A DNA stretch of 64,000 nt from an uncultured Acidimicrobiales bacterium (lineage in GTDB: Bacteria > Actinomycetota > Acidimicrobiia > Acidimicrobiales > JANYDT01), in the NCBI GenBank assembly GCA_963763885.1, contig CAVXQD010000003.1:140085-204084 (forward strand), read 5' to 3'. Shown in pieces: positions 37,085 through 45,554 of this stretch; position 1 is the first letter of the stretch, and each line of letters opens with the position of its first letter. The position numbers and the translations under genes were made by a program. The notes under the pieces were generated by a model. That model saw only the letters and a list, made by a program, of their open reading frames with translations, was not told the origin of the DNA and ran no database searches.

Positions 37085-37893
37085 AGGTCGTGCTCGATTC
37101 GGGTGTTGATCTGGACTCGCCAGCGGTCATCCCGGTCGATCGATGGCGGCCGACCGGTGGCCAGCGGCGTCACATCGGCTTGGTCGACAAGCTGTGCGAG
37201 TCCGTCGAGATCAATCGTGGTGCCGGTCTCATTCGCCATGAACTCGATCAGATGGCCGGCGCGTTGCACGGCGGCAACCGGCCGCAACCTGGCTGCGTCG
37301 ACCAGAGCTTGCGGAACGAGGCGGCCCTCGACGAGAAGGTCACCAATCACGGTGGCGACGTTGGATAGCCCTCCACCGGCACGGGGAAAGCTGACGAGAT
37401 CGAACACCGTCGCAACAGCGGCCGACACGGTGACTCGTCCGGTTGGGACATTGGTTTGTTCGCACTGCGTTTCTTCGGTGTTGGATCGTTGGATGAACTG
37501 GATGCGACCGCCACCGATCTGCCGGTCGCGTAACCGGGCCGGCGTTACGACTTGGAGGACCATCGCCGCTTGATGCGACGCACCGTGGATTGCTGCGGCG
37601 GAGAGGAACCCGACATAGTACGGGTGGCCGAGGTGGCGCATCATGGGGTCGATGAAGTGGATCGGCGGCGGCGCGCCAGCGGCACGGTATTCAGGCGGGA
37701 CCGGCACCCACGCGCCTTTGGTGACCGAAATGAGTTTCCCGGCCTCCCGGGCGCGTTGCAGGCTGTTCGACACCACGTCCGTGCCAATGCCGAGGAGCGC
37801 GGCAACCTCGGCAGTCTCGATGTAATGACGACCGCGGCTCATCAGCCAGTCCGCCAGTTCGCTCGGAGTGATCGTGGCCGTTCTCACCGGCAC
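37081..37893 (-). CDS. abiEi: AbiEi-family antitoxin, island 2 (copy 3)
   Basis: 270 aa; ...KGAWVPVPPEYRAAGAPPPIHFIDPMMRHLGHPYYVGFLSAAAIHG...GGLSNVATVIGDL.... GTGA overlap with the downstream abiEii. Confidence 0.85.
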   Translation of the reverse strand: MPVRTATITPSELADWLMSRGRHYIETAEVAALLGIGTDVVSNSLQRAREAGKLISVTKGAWVPVPPEYRAAGAPPPIHFIDPMMRHLGHPYYVGFLSAAAIHGASHQAAMVLQVVTPARLRDRQIGGGRIQFIQRSNTEETQCEQTNVPTGRVTVSAAVATVFDLVSFPRAGGGLSNVATVIGDLLVEGRLVPQALVDAARLRPVAAVQRAGHLIEFMANETGTTIDLDGLAQLVDQADVTPLATGRPPSIDRDDRWRVQINTRIEHDL

Positions 37894-38012
37894 AGCGTAC
37901 CAAAGACTGGCATGGTGCCGGTGTTTGATACTTCACAGGGGGCAAATTCGCTTGGCGAGGCCAGGCGCTGGACCATCAATCGAAGTCCGGCATCAGCTCG
38001 TGCGTGTAGTAG

Positions 38013-38395
38013 TTAAGCCCGGGTCAGAATCAAGCGGCATGTTCCCGACGTCGTGACCTCGAATCCGCGGTCGATCTCACCCGGACTTCGATGATGTTGG
38101 GCCAGCGGTCGAGGCTGTCGTCGGCACGCGTCGCCAGGGTCACGACAATGCCGCCGCGGCCAGGGTGGGTCGACGATGCGGGCGAGCGGTCGGCGTGTGT
38201 AGTGGAGGGCGGGCCGTTGGATCTGGTTCGTCGGGCCGGATTCAGATTCGACGATAACTCCGGCATCCATACGGCGATGTGCTCGGCAACGGAGGCCACC
38301 GAGACGAGATCGTGCGACACCAGGAGCACTCCTACGCCGAGATCGTTGGCGAGTTCGCGTACCAGCTCGATGACGGCGGCTTGGACCTAGACGTC
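38013..38395 (-). pseudogene. 3' remnant of an oligopeptide/dipeptide-type ABC transporter ATPase
   Basis: VQAAVIELVRELANDLGVGVLLVSHDLVSVASVAEHIAV, then a frameshift to MDAGVIVESESGPTNQIQRPALHYTRRPLARIV (HPYT-like tail). No Walker A/signature part upstream. Confidence 0.6.
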
Positions 38396-38495
38396 GCGAC
38401 GCGACCGGAATCTGGGCGTTACAAGGTCGGCTACTCGAGAGACGGAAACTCCATCACCCAGAACCAAAAGTGGCCGAACTCCTAAGCGCGCTTAC

Positions 38496-38532
38496 TTGAC
38501 ACAGTTTTGACACGGTGACACGCGTTTGACGC
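38496..38532 (+). repeat. four phased TTGACAC-type motifs at the right end of island 2
   Basis: ttgacac 38496, ttgacac 38507, gtgacac 38515, ttgacgc 38526 (spacing 8-11 bp). Confidence 0.75.
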
Positions 38533-38641
38533 AGTTCTCCAGCTTCCAGGGGACTCGAAAGGCATCGACGGGAACGACCAGAAACATGCTCTGACCAGGT
38601 GAAACACCCGCTGAGCAGCGAAAAGGCAAACGAGAACATGC

Positions 38642-38665
38642 GGGTTCGATTCCCCCCACCTCCAC
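38642..38665 (+). repeat. att core copy 3 (island 2 / island 3 junction)
   Basis: gggttcgattccccccacctccac, 24/24 identity to the tmRNA 3' end. The following ~50 nt are homologous to 31164-31216. Confidence 0.9.
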
Positions 38666-38670
38666 TATTT

Positions 38671-38692
38671 GCCCTGGTCAGGGCATGCTTTT
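38671..38692 (+). terminator. second copy of the tmRNA-type terminator hairpin
   Basis: gccctggtcagggc followed by atgctttt. Confidence 0.5.
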
Positions 38693-38698
38693 CATGCC

Positions 38699-38796
38699 TT
38701 GACACGGGTTTTGACACAGTGTGAAAAGGGTGCGCGCCCGAGGAAGTGCCCATGACCTGCGGCAATGCCGGGTGGGCGCTGACACGGTTTTGACAC
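38699..38796 (+). repeat. two pairs of TTGACAC motifs (left end of island 3)
   Basis: ttgacac 38699 and 38711; ctgacac 38779 and ttgacac 38790. Confidence 0.7.
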
Positions 38797-38857
38797 GGCG
38801 CTGCATTGTCACCCTCGCCGGTACTGAGCCCGCTAGCTGCGCTTTCTGTTCTGATTC

Positions 38858-38881
38858 GGGGGGTCACATTCCCCCCACCTC
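38858..38881 (+). repeat. degenerate T-arm-like remnant (perfect GGGGGG-N7-CCCCCC hairpin)
   Basis: ggggggtcacattccccccacctc. Confidence 0.55.
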
Positions 38882-39324
38882 GAAATTCGCTGCAATTAGC
38901 CGGAATGAGCCGGAATTCGCCGACTATCTGGCTAAGGGCCGGCCTGAACGAGGTGATCAAACGGCCTTCGGACTTCGAGGGTTCTACACCGCTGCTAACG
39001 AGGCGAAGGCTGCCTCGGGCGGGTTGCCGACAAACCTCACACCCACGCTGTGGGCCTTCGCGAACTGCGCGACCGAAAGCCAAAAGCGTTCGATCAGTAC
39101 TCGAGACCCAAGGCTTGGGCTTCGCGAGTCATCTCGTCGGCGATCTCGCGGCGTAGCGCCTCGTTCTTCGATCGAAACGTGTGGACGTCGGTGCGACATG
39201 ACGGTTCTGTGATGCTGCCACCAGCCGGAAAACTGATCCGTCAAGGGTAGATCGACCGCCGAGTTGTATTTGCTCTGGACAACTAGGTAGCGAGTCGGTA
39301 CCAGTTCGGTAGTAGCGTGTGGTC

Positions 39325-39555
39325 ATGTCGATCCAGATCGCGTTGCGGCTCCCCGATGACGTGGTCAAGTACATCGATGCCGAGGTGGCCGCCGGAAGGG
39401 CTAAGAGTCGTTCCGATGTCGTCGCTCGTTTTGTAGAACGAGACCGTCGACGGATACGGGCAGCCGAAGACGTCGAGCGTCTCCTCGCCGACCGCACGTC
39501 GGACTTCGATGATCTCGCCTTGGCAGCAGTGGCGACGAAGCTCGACATCGACTGA
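39325..39555 (+). CDS. ribbon-helix-helix antitoxin (MazE/CopG-like)
   Basis: MSIQIALRLPDDVVKYIDAEVAAGRAKSRSDVVARFVERD...; stop overlaps the mazF start (TGATG). Confidence 0.75.
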   Translation: MSIQIALRLPDDVVKYIDAEVAAGRAKSRSDVVARFVERDRRRIRAAEDVERLLADRTSDFDDLALAAVATKLDID

Positions 39556-39854
39556 TGCGGCCGATCCACATAGCGCAACTCGACAAGCCCCGCCCTGTCC
39601 TCATCCTGACGCGAGACCTCGCACGCGTGGTGCTCACGAACGTGACCGTTGCACCGATCACGACTCGCGCACGCGGGCTCGCCGTCGAGGTGCCGGTCGG
39701 CGTGCGCAATGGCCTTGGCGAAGCATCGGTCGTGAGCTGCGACAACGTGCAGACCATTCCGGCGACGGCGCTCGGACGCCTCGTCGGATACCTGTTCGAC
39801 GACGAAGAGCCCCTCCTGACGGAGGCCATCCTCGCTGCGTTCGACCTCACGTAA
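39555..39854 (+). CDS. mazF: MazF/PemK-family endoribonuclease toxin
   Basis: 99 aa; RPIHIAQLDKPRPVLILTRD...VTVAPITTRARGLAVEVPVG...SVVSCDNVQTIP. Confidence 0.85.
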   Translation: MRPIHIAQLDKPRPVLILTRDLARVVLTNVTVAPITTRARGLAVEVPVGVRNGLGEASVVSCDNVQTIPATALGRLVGYLFDDEEPLLTEAILAAFDLT

Positions 39855-39974
39855 CCCGCTGCCAACGGCTAGGCCGATTACACGGCGGCTCGGTCACTGG
39901 CCGAGGAGTAGCCCTCCGGACAGCGGCGGCGGTTTACTGCTCGACGTTGTTCGGTTCGATGGCTTCGGGAGGCG

Positions 39975-41144
39975 TTGCAGATAACCGAGGTTCCCGATGT
40001 TCGACGCGCCGATCTTTTGTCTGCGTTGGCCACCGAGCTGATCTTCGAAAACGACGTCCCGGGCCGGAAACGAGCCGTGGACGCGCTCTGGGAGATCTTT
40101 CCTTCGTTGCCTCCCGAGGACTGCGCCCGACTACTGCAGAACGTCGCTGCGTTCGGCATGGTCTTCTCAATGGACCGGCTCGACCTCATCTGCCTTCACC
40201 TGGACCGTGCGGTGCAGGTCGCTAAAGCGGATCAGCTGCGCATGTTGCAGATGAACCGATTCATGCGGCATCTCCAACGGGGCAACCGTGATCAGGTCGA
40301 CGAAGCCTTTCATGCCGCTGAGCAGCTGATGGCGAAACAGACAGGCCGTTGGCAATGGCTCCCGCACATGCTTGCGACGATCCGCTGTGTTGTGGACGGG
40401 GACCTCGCTGCCGCAGCAGGGGCCCGGAAGGTCGCGTCGGGACTACTGCGTACGCTGGATGTTCCGGAGGCGGAGAACTACAGCGTCACGATGCCAATCA
40501 TGATCGGTCGCGAACAGCGATCGCTCGGAACGCTGCTCCGCTATGCCGAGGCGATGGAGACGGTGGGGTCAGCTTCCGGTCCGCCTCGGGCACTCGCTGC
40601 ATTCATCCGGTTTGCGTCCGGCGATCTGGAATCCCCTCGCCGCGCATTGGACCTCGTCCGCGTAGAGGAGTTCGCCGACGATGCCGGCCATGCCGTCGTC
40701 GTCGCGCTGTGGAGCGAGATGGCCAGCACGCTCGGATCCGACGCACAACGGCGTGCCTTCATGGAGGCCCTGGAGATGGAAGCTGGCGTACACCTACTTG
40801 CCGGCGGGATCTACCTCGGCGCTGCGGATCGCCTGCGCGCGCTGCTACTCGATCGCCTCGGCGAGCACGAGCAGGCCGACACGCTGTTCGGAAACGCAGT
40901 CCGCCAGCATGAAGACCTCCGCTCGCCCACCTGGGTCGCGCGCACCCAACTCGACTGGGCCGAGGCGCTCCTGCGCCGAAGTTCGATGGCTGAGGCGCGG
41001 GCCCACCTTGAAGCCGCCGCTGGAGCGCTCGGCGACCTCGACCTCCCCGACAACCAGCTCCGCCTCGCTGAACTCCGAGCGGGGTCAGCAAAACCCGGTG
41101 TAGCCGCTTGTGACCTCGGTTCCATAGACTCCAGTCATGAGTGA
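39975..41144 (+). pseudogene. 5'-truncated paralog of the cyclase-STAND-TPR gene (C-terminal repeat region only)
   Basis: 389 codons, colinear with residues ~715-1103 of 31481..34792 (ADLLSALATELIFENDVPGRKRAV vs ADLLSQLATEMMFEADIPGRRAAV; LRSPTWVARTQLDW and DLPDNQLRLAELR shared). No cyclase or P-loop part. Only a TTG start is available. Confidence 0.7.
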
Positions 41145-41688
41145 CGCTGCCGTTGCCCCGATGGACGAAGAAGAGTTCGTCGCGTTCGAACTCGCCAGCC
41201 CCGAACGCCACGAATTCGTCGACGGCGTGATCCGGGCTATGACCGGGGCGTCGATCCGCCACAACGACGTCGCCCTGAACTTGGCGATGGCCTTGCGTGC
41301 CGCGGCGAAGGGCACCCGGTGCAAGGTGAACATCGAGGGGGTGCGCCTCAAGGTCAACAGCCGCCGGCATTACTACCCCGACGTGATGGTCAGCTGTGAG
41401 GAGCCCAACGACACCCACTCCCAATCGGCCCCGTGCCTTATCGCCGAGGTCCTCTCGCCCACCACCTCGTCGATCGACCGTGGTGAGAAGCGCATTTCGT
41501 ACATGGCGTTGCCATCGCTCCGTCACCTTTTGCTCATCGACCTCGAGGCCGGCAACATCGAGCATCAGTGGCGCGCCAACAGCGACGACGCCTGGTTCTT
41601 CGAAATCGGCATCCCCGGCGCCACGCTCCACCTGACGTGTCCGCAAGCGGCATTAATCAGCGTGGACGACATCCTCGTCGAAGCCTGA
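41137..41688 (+). CDS. Uma2-family (DUF820) restriction-endonuclease-fold protein
   Basis: 183 aa; ERHEFVDGVIRAM...HNDVALNL...YYPDVMVSCE...PCLIAEVLSPTTSSIDRGEKRISYMALPSLRHLLLID. 8-nt overlap with the preceding ORF. Confidence 0.85.
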   Translation: MSDAAVAPMDEEEFVAFELASPERHEFVDGVIRAMTGASIRHNDVALNLAMALRAAAKGTRCKVNIEGVRLKVNSRRHYYPDVMVSCEEPNDTHSQSAPCLIAEVLSPTTSSIDRGEKRISYMALPSLRHLLLIDLEAGNIEHQWRANSDDAWFFEIGIPGATLHLTCPQAALISVDDILVEA

Positions 41689-41749
41689 CGAAGGCGTCGT
41701 CGGTCAGCCGCGGCCTTCGCGCAAGTCTCGCCGGTCATACGATGGACTG

Positions 41750-42565
41750 GTGGACCTCGCTGGAATCGTTGACCTTGCTCGGTACTCCATCGTTGGTGCG
41801 AATTCCGACGCGCGCACTGCGCTGATTTCGAGGTGCCAGGAGCAGCTCGCTGCTGTTGGTGCAGCGGTGTTGGAAGGCTTTGTACTACCCGAGGCACTAG
41901 CGCGGATCGTCGCGCACGTCGATCCACTTGCCCCACTCGCATTTCATAAAGCAAAGCAACACAACGTGTATCTGGAAGCCGACGATCCGGACTACCCCGA
42001 TGATCATCCCCGGAATGCAAAAGAGACCACGACGTCGGCCACGCTCGGCAATCACCACCTGCAGGGATGCGCGGAACTTCAGGCCCTCTACGCATCCGAT
42101 GACTTCAAGGCATTCGTTGCAGAGGCACTCGGTTACGAGCGCCTGTATCCGTACCAAGACGCGGTGTCGGGAGTGAACGTACTTTTCTATGCGCCCGGCA
42201 CAGCGCTCGGCTGGCACTTTGACAACGCAGAATTCACCACCACATTGATGATCCGCGAAGCCGCTTCCGGCGCGGCGTTCGAGTACGTCCCGTTCCTTCG
42301 GACGGACACTGACCGCGCCTACGACGCCATAGCTGCGTTGCGATCGGGCGAACAAACCCCCGAAAAATCGGGAGTGCGGCAACTGTTCCAAACCGACGGA
42401 ACCCTGGTGTTGTTCAAGGGTTCGAGAACGGTTCACCGCGTCACAACCGTCGAAGGTCCCGTAACCCGATTGCTGTCGACGATGACCTTCTCACCCGTCG
42501 AAGGAGCTCGGCTCGCGCCAGTCACCCAAAAGACATTTTACGATTACACCGAGCCCCAGGACTGA
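41750..42565 (+). CDS. Fe(II)/2-oxoglutarate-dependent oxygenase family protein
   Basis: 271 aa; HxD...H pattern (LGWHFDNAEF ... GSRTVHRVT). Confidence 0.65.
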   Translation: MDLAGIVDLARYSIVGANSDARTALISRCQEQLAAVGAAVLEGFVLPEALARIVAHVDPLAPLAFHKAKQHNVYLEADDPDYPDDHPRNAKETTTSATLGNHHLQGCAELQALYASDDFKAFVAEALGYERLYPYQDAVSGVNVLFYAPGTALGWHFDNAEFTTTLMIREAASGAAFEYVPFLRTDTDRAYDAIAALRSGEQTPEKSGVRQLFQTDGTLVLFKGSRTVHRVTTVEGPVTRLLSTMTFSPVEGARLAPVTQKTFYDYTEPQD

Positions 42566-42666
42566 TGGCGAGGCATGGAGTCGCATCGCATCTTTTATCG
42601 GCGCATGGACGGGTGCCGTCTCTTCTGTCAGCTCGCAAGATCTCTGCTGATGTAAGACTCTGAACG

Positions 42667-43428
42667 ATGATCGACGGTCGCATTACGTTTCCAGGGAATC
42701 CATGGCCGAACGGTCATCGCGTGATCGAATGCGCGCTTACTGCCAACCTGCAGCTATTCAACGATCCGTTAAGCAACGGTAATGAGCTGCGGCGCCGTCT
42801 GGCCGTGGGAGTCGAACTGCGCACCGCAGATTATGACGAAGAGCCGCCGACAACTTCAGACGATGACCCAGACGCTACCGACTGGAACTCGCCCGGCGCG
42901 TGGACAAACTACGGCAGCTGTTGGCTGGGCCCGAGTGCGTCGAGCGAAACTCCCGGCATCACTGTTTCAGACGGCACGGTACCGTTCGCATTCGGCGCGC
43001 CCAACTATCGATTCACCTCTGACATGCTCCCCGTCGAATGGGACCGCTTCATGGCCACCGCTGCATTCGGGATCTACCTGCAAGGTCACGACGCGGTAGC
43101 AGGACACGAAATCGCTCTCCACAGCCGCCAAGACAACGGCACCTATACCGTGGATTGGACCGGCAGAATTGCCTCTGCCTACATCGGACACACAACGTTC
43201 GACCACACATTTGTTGCCCACATCACTGGCGTCAGCCTGGAGTCAATCATGATGTTCGACTTCGATGCTGATCGTATGCGGGATTACTTCGGGCTTGACT
43301 GGAACCCCAGTCACAGCGCACGAGACGAACTCGCTCCGTTTGTCGCCGACATCGACTCATTCACGTTTGAGCTACGAGACCACGGAATCGGTCGCCAGGT
43401 CACGTACGCCATCCCACCATCGATCTGA
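42667..43428 (+). CDS. hypothetical acidic protein, no recognisable domain
   Basis: 253-aa ORF. Locally lower GC (~55% in its first 60 nt). No motif recognised. Confidence 0.45.
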   Translation: MIDGRITFPGNPWPNGHRVIECALTANLQLFNDPLSNGNELRRRLAVGVELRTADYDEEPPTTSDDDPDATDWNSPGAWTNYGSCWLGPSASSETPGITVSDGTVPFAFGAPNYRFTSDMLPVEWDRFMATAAFGIYLQGHDAVAGHEIALHSRQDNGTYTVDWTGRIASAYIGHTTFDHTFVAHITGVSLESIMMFDFDADRMRDYFGLDWNPSHSARDELAPFVADIDSFTFELRDHGIGRQVTYAIPPSI

Positions 43429-43467
43429 CGTGAGTGCTGCGTTCCTCGTCCAGTTCGGTCGGCTGCG

Positions 43468-44499
43468 TCAGATGAGCTGCTTCACGGCGTGGATCTCGCC
43501 GTCGTCGATTCGGCCAGACGGCACGTAGCGGCGGGCGCGGAACATCGGTGCCGGAGAACCCAGGCCTTCTCTCCAGTTCACCTCGATGGCGGTTGCGCCT
43601 TGCTCGCGGCACCGGTCCTCGAACAGATTGAGCGCGGCCGAGCCGATGCCGCGGCGTTGATGCATCCTGTCGACAAGGAAGCGCCAGAGGTACGGGTTGC
43701 GGGTGGCGGTGACCTCGGTGGCCATGAGGAACCCGACGATGTCGCCGTCGGCTTCGATCGCTCGATACCACGGGACCAGCTGCGCGTCGTCGCGCCTTGG
43801 CGGTGCGAGCGCGTCCCGGAAGTTGCGCAGCATGGGCGAGACGAAACGTTCCTGGGACTTGTGGGTGGCCAGGTTGCCCACCGCCTCGCTGTTGTCCGCA
43901 GTGACCGGCACAAAGTTCACGACCGCTGGACGTCGACGGGAGCGGTTGCACCATGCGTCCCAGTCCGAGCGGGTCATGCCGTACAGCATGTCGTCGGAGC
44001 AGTCGTCTCCGACCCAGAACGATTGGCGGGTGAGACCCTCGAAGGTCATCCCGCAGGCTTCAAGCACGCGCGCCGACGCAGGATTGTCAGGGTGCAGAGT
44101 TGCCGCTACACGGCTGACACCAACGTCGGTGAAGAGGTAGTGGATCAATGCCTGGGCTGCCTCGGTCGCATAGCCCTGACCCCAATGGTCGGGATGGAAG
44201 GTGTAGCCGATCGCAGCACTGCGGCCGCCCCAAGAAATTTCGACGGCGAGATCGCCCAGGATCTGCTCCGGGTTGGCCGCTTTTACAACCGTGAGCGACC
44301 ACCACGTGCCATCGGTCGGGCCGTCCAATGCCACGCCTGCGGCCGTTTTCTGTTCGGCCCGTGCCCGTGAGTACGGCAATTCCCAATCCTGATAGCGGGC
44401 GACCTCGGGGAGGTTGCGTCGAATGAAGGCCGCCTCGGCATCGCTGAGGAATGGCGGCCGCAGGATGAGACGTTCGGTGCGGATTGGTTCGAAGGTCAC
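43468..44499 (-). CDS. tandem GNAT N-acetyltransferase (two acetyltransferase domains)
   Basis: RimJ/L-like ERLILRPPFLSDAEA...IGYTFHPDHWGQGYATEA...ASARVLEACGM, then a second GNAT FLVDRMHQRRGIGSAAL. Start uncertain (GTG 44499 or ORF start 44586). Confidence 0.75.
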   Translation of the reverse strand: MTFEPIRTERLILRPPFLSDAEAAFIRRNLPEVARYQDWELPYSRARAEQKTAAGVALDGPTDGTWWSLTVVKAANPEQILGDLAVEISWGGRSAAIGYTFHPDHWGQGYATEAAQALIHYLFTDVGVSRVAATLHPDNPASARVLEACGMTFEGLTRQSFWVGDDCSDDMLYGMTRSDWDAWCNRSRRRPAVVNFVPVTADNSEAVGNLATHKSQERFVSPMLRNFRDALAPPRRDDAQLVPWYRAIEADGDIVGFLMATEVTATRNPYLWRFLVDRMHQRRGIGSAALNLFEDRCREQGATAIEVNWREGLGSPAPMFRARRYVPSGRIDDGEIHAVKQLI

Positions 44500-44608
44500 G
44501 CGAATCGATGGTACCCGGCGCCGCACGCAGCGAAGGCGTTGCTCGCTAGCCAACTCAGGACGCAGATCGATCGAACCGCGTCGCACTGCAATGCATCGGC
44601 AACCTTCG

Positions 44609-45388
44609 CTACGAAGTCGCTACTTCAGCTCGAACCGGAATGGTGAAACGGTCGTAGCGGTCGTACACGGAAAACCCGAGTCGCTCGTACATGCCGAAGC
44701 CAAGCTTGCTTGCCTGTAACACCACTCGAGTCGCGCCAAGGGCGAAGAGATGATTCGTGGCCTCGCTGGTAATCATTGCGGCGAACCCACGTCCGCGGAA
44801 TTCCGGAGGAGTAGCGACCGAGTAAATGCCGCCCGTCTCACCCGACAGATACCCGCACGCAGCGGTAACCGGCACATCACCATCGAACCCGATGTGCCAA
44901 TAAGTGCCGGCAGCGCTGTACCCCTGCTGATGCGCCATCAGCCACGCCATGCCCGGCTTCGCGTAACCACGCTCGCAAAGATCACCAAAAACTGCCGCAG
45001 ACTCCGCATGGTTTACTAAACGGAAACGCAAGCCCGACCGAGGGGTGTTCGTTGGTGTACTTACGACCATCGCGGGCGACGGCTCGGAATCGGTGACCAA
45101 ATTGCGTCGTGCCGCCTCGGTGGCGAACGAGGGGTCACTCAACGGAGCCCACAGAACAAACGCCCGTTGAAGGCCGGCAAAGAAGTTGATCGCATCATCG
45201 AAGAACTCGGCCGCCGTCACACGTGGATCGGTTGGGATGGCCGTGTCCACGTAGGCATGAGGGACCGTCACCGGACCAGCAATAGCGACACCGCCACGAA
45301 TATCAGCGACTGAACCAATACGCCCAGCAGTCAACCGAACGAACCCAGCCAAGTTCAACGCACCCGCTTGATTCACATGCACAGCCAA
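44609..45388 (-). CDS. GNAT family N-acetyltransferase
   Basis: 259 aa; acetyl-CoA motif VATPPEFRGRGFAAMITSEA...ASKLGFGMYERLGF. Confidence 0.8.
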   Translation of the reverse strand: MAVHVNQAGALNLAGFVRLTAGRIGSVADIRGGVAIAGPVTVPHAYVDTAIPTDPRVTAAEFFDDAINFFAGLQRAFVLWAPLSDPSFATEAARRNLVTDSEPSPAMVVSTPTNTPRSGLRFRLVNHAESAAVFGDLCERGYAKPGMAWLMAHQQGYSAAGTYWHIGFDGDVPVTAACGYLSGETGGIYSVATPPEFRGRGFAAMITSEATNHLFALGATRVVLQASKLGFGMYERLGFSVYDRYDRFTIPVRAEVATS

Positions 45389-45554
45389 TGATCGCGCACG
45401 ACTGCGGGGCGAGCGACCCGAGCGGATGAATGGCTCAGATTTGCCAGTTCAAGTCGGTGATCCGGTACCTCGTTTCGATGTCTTTCCCGACAGAACGCGG
45501 CAAGTGTGATCAGGATCACGGAACTGCACTGAGCTGTCAGCAACAGTGGCCATC

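Noticed and set aside
38454-39083. 209-aa minus-strand ORF spanning att copy 3 and the TTGACAC repeats (likewise 30954-31298 and 31186-31785 around att copy 2)
   Set aside because: These ORFs run across non-coding repeat and hairpin elements that are shared with the tmRNA 3' end. Their translations are low complexity.
39060-39215. Short minus-strand frame ending ...FRSKNEALRREIADEMTREAQALGLEY*, possibly an antitoxin remnant
   Set aside because: It is about 48 codons with no start codon after the upstream stop. The similarity to RHH/antitoxin tails is only impressionistic, which is too weak to call.
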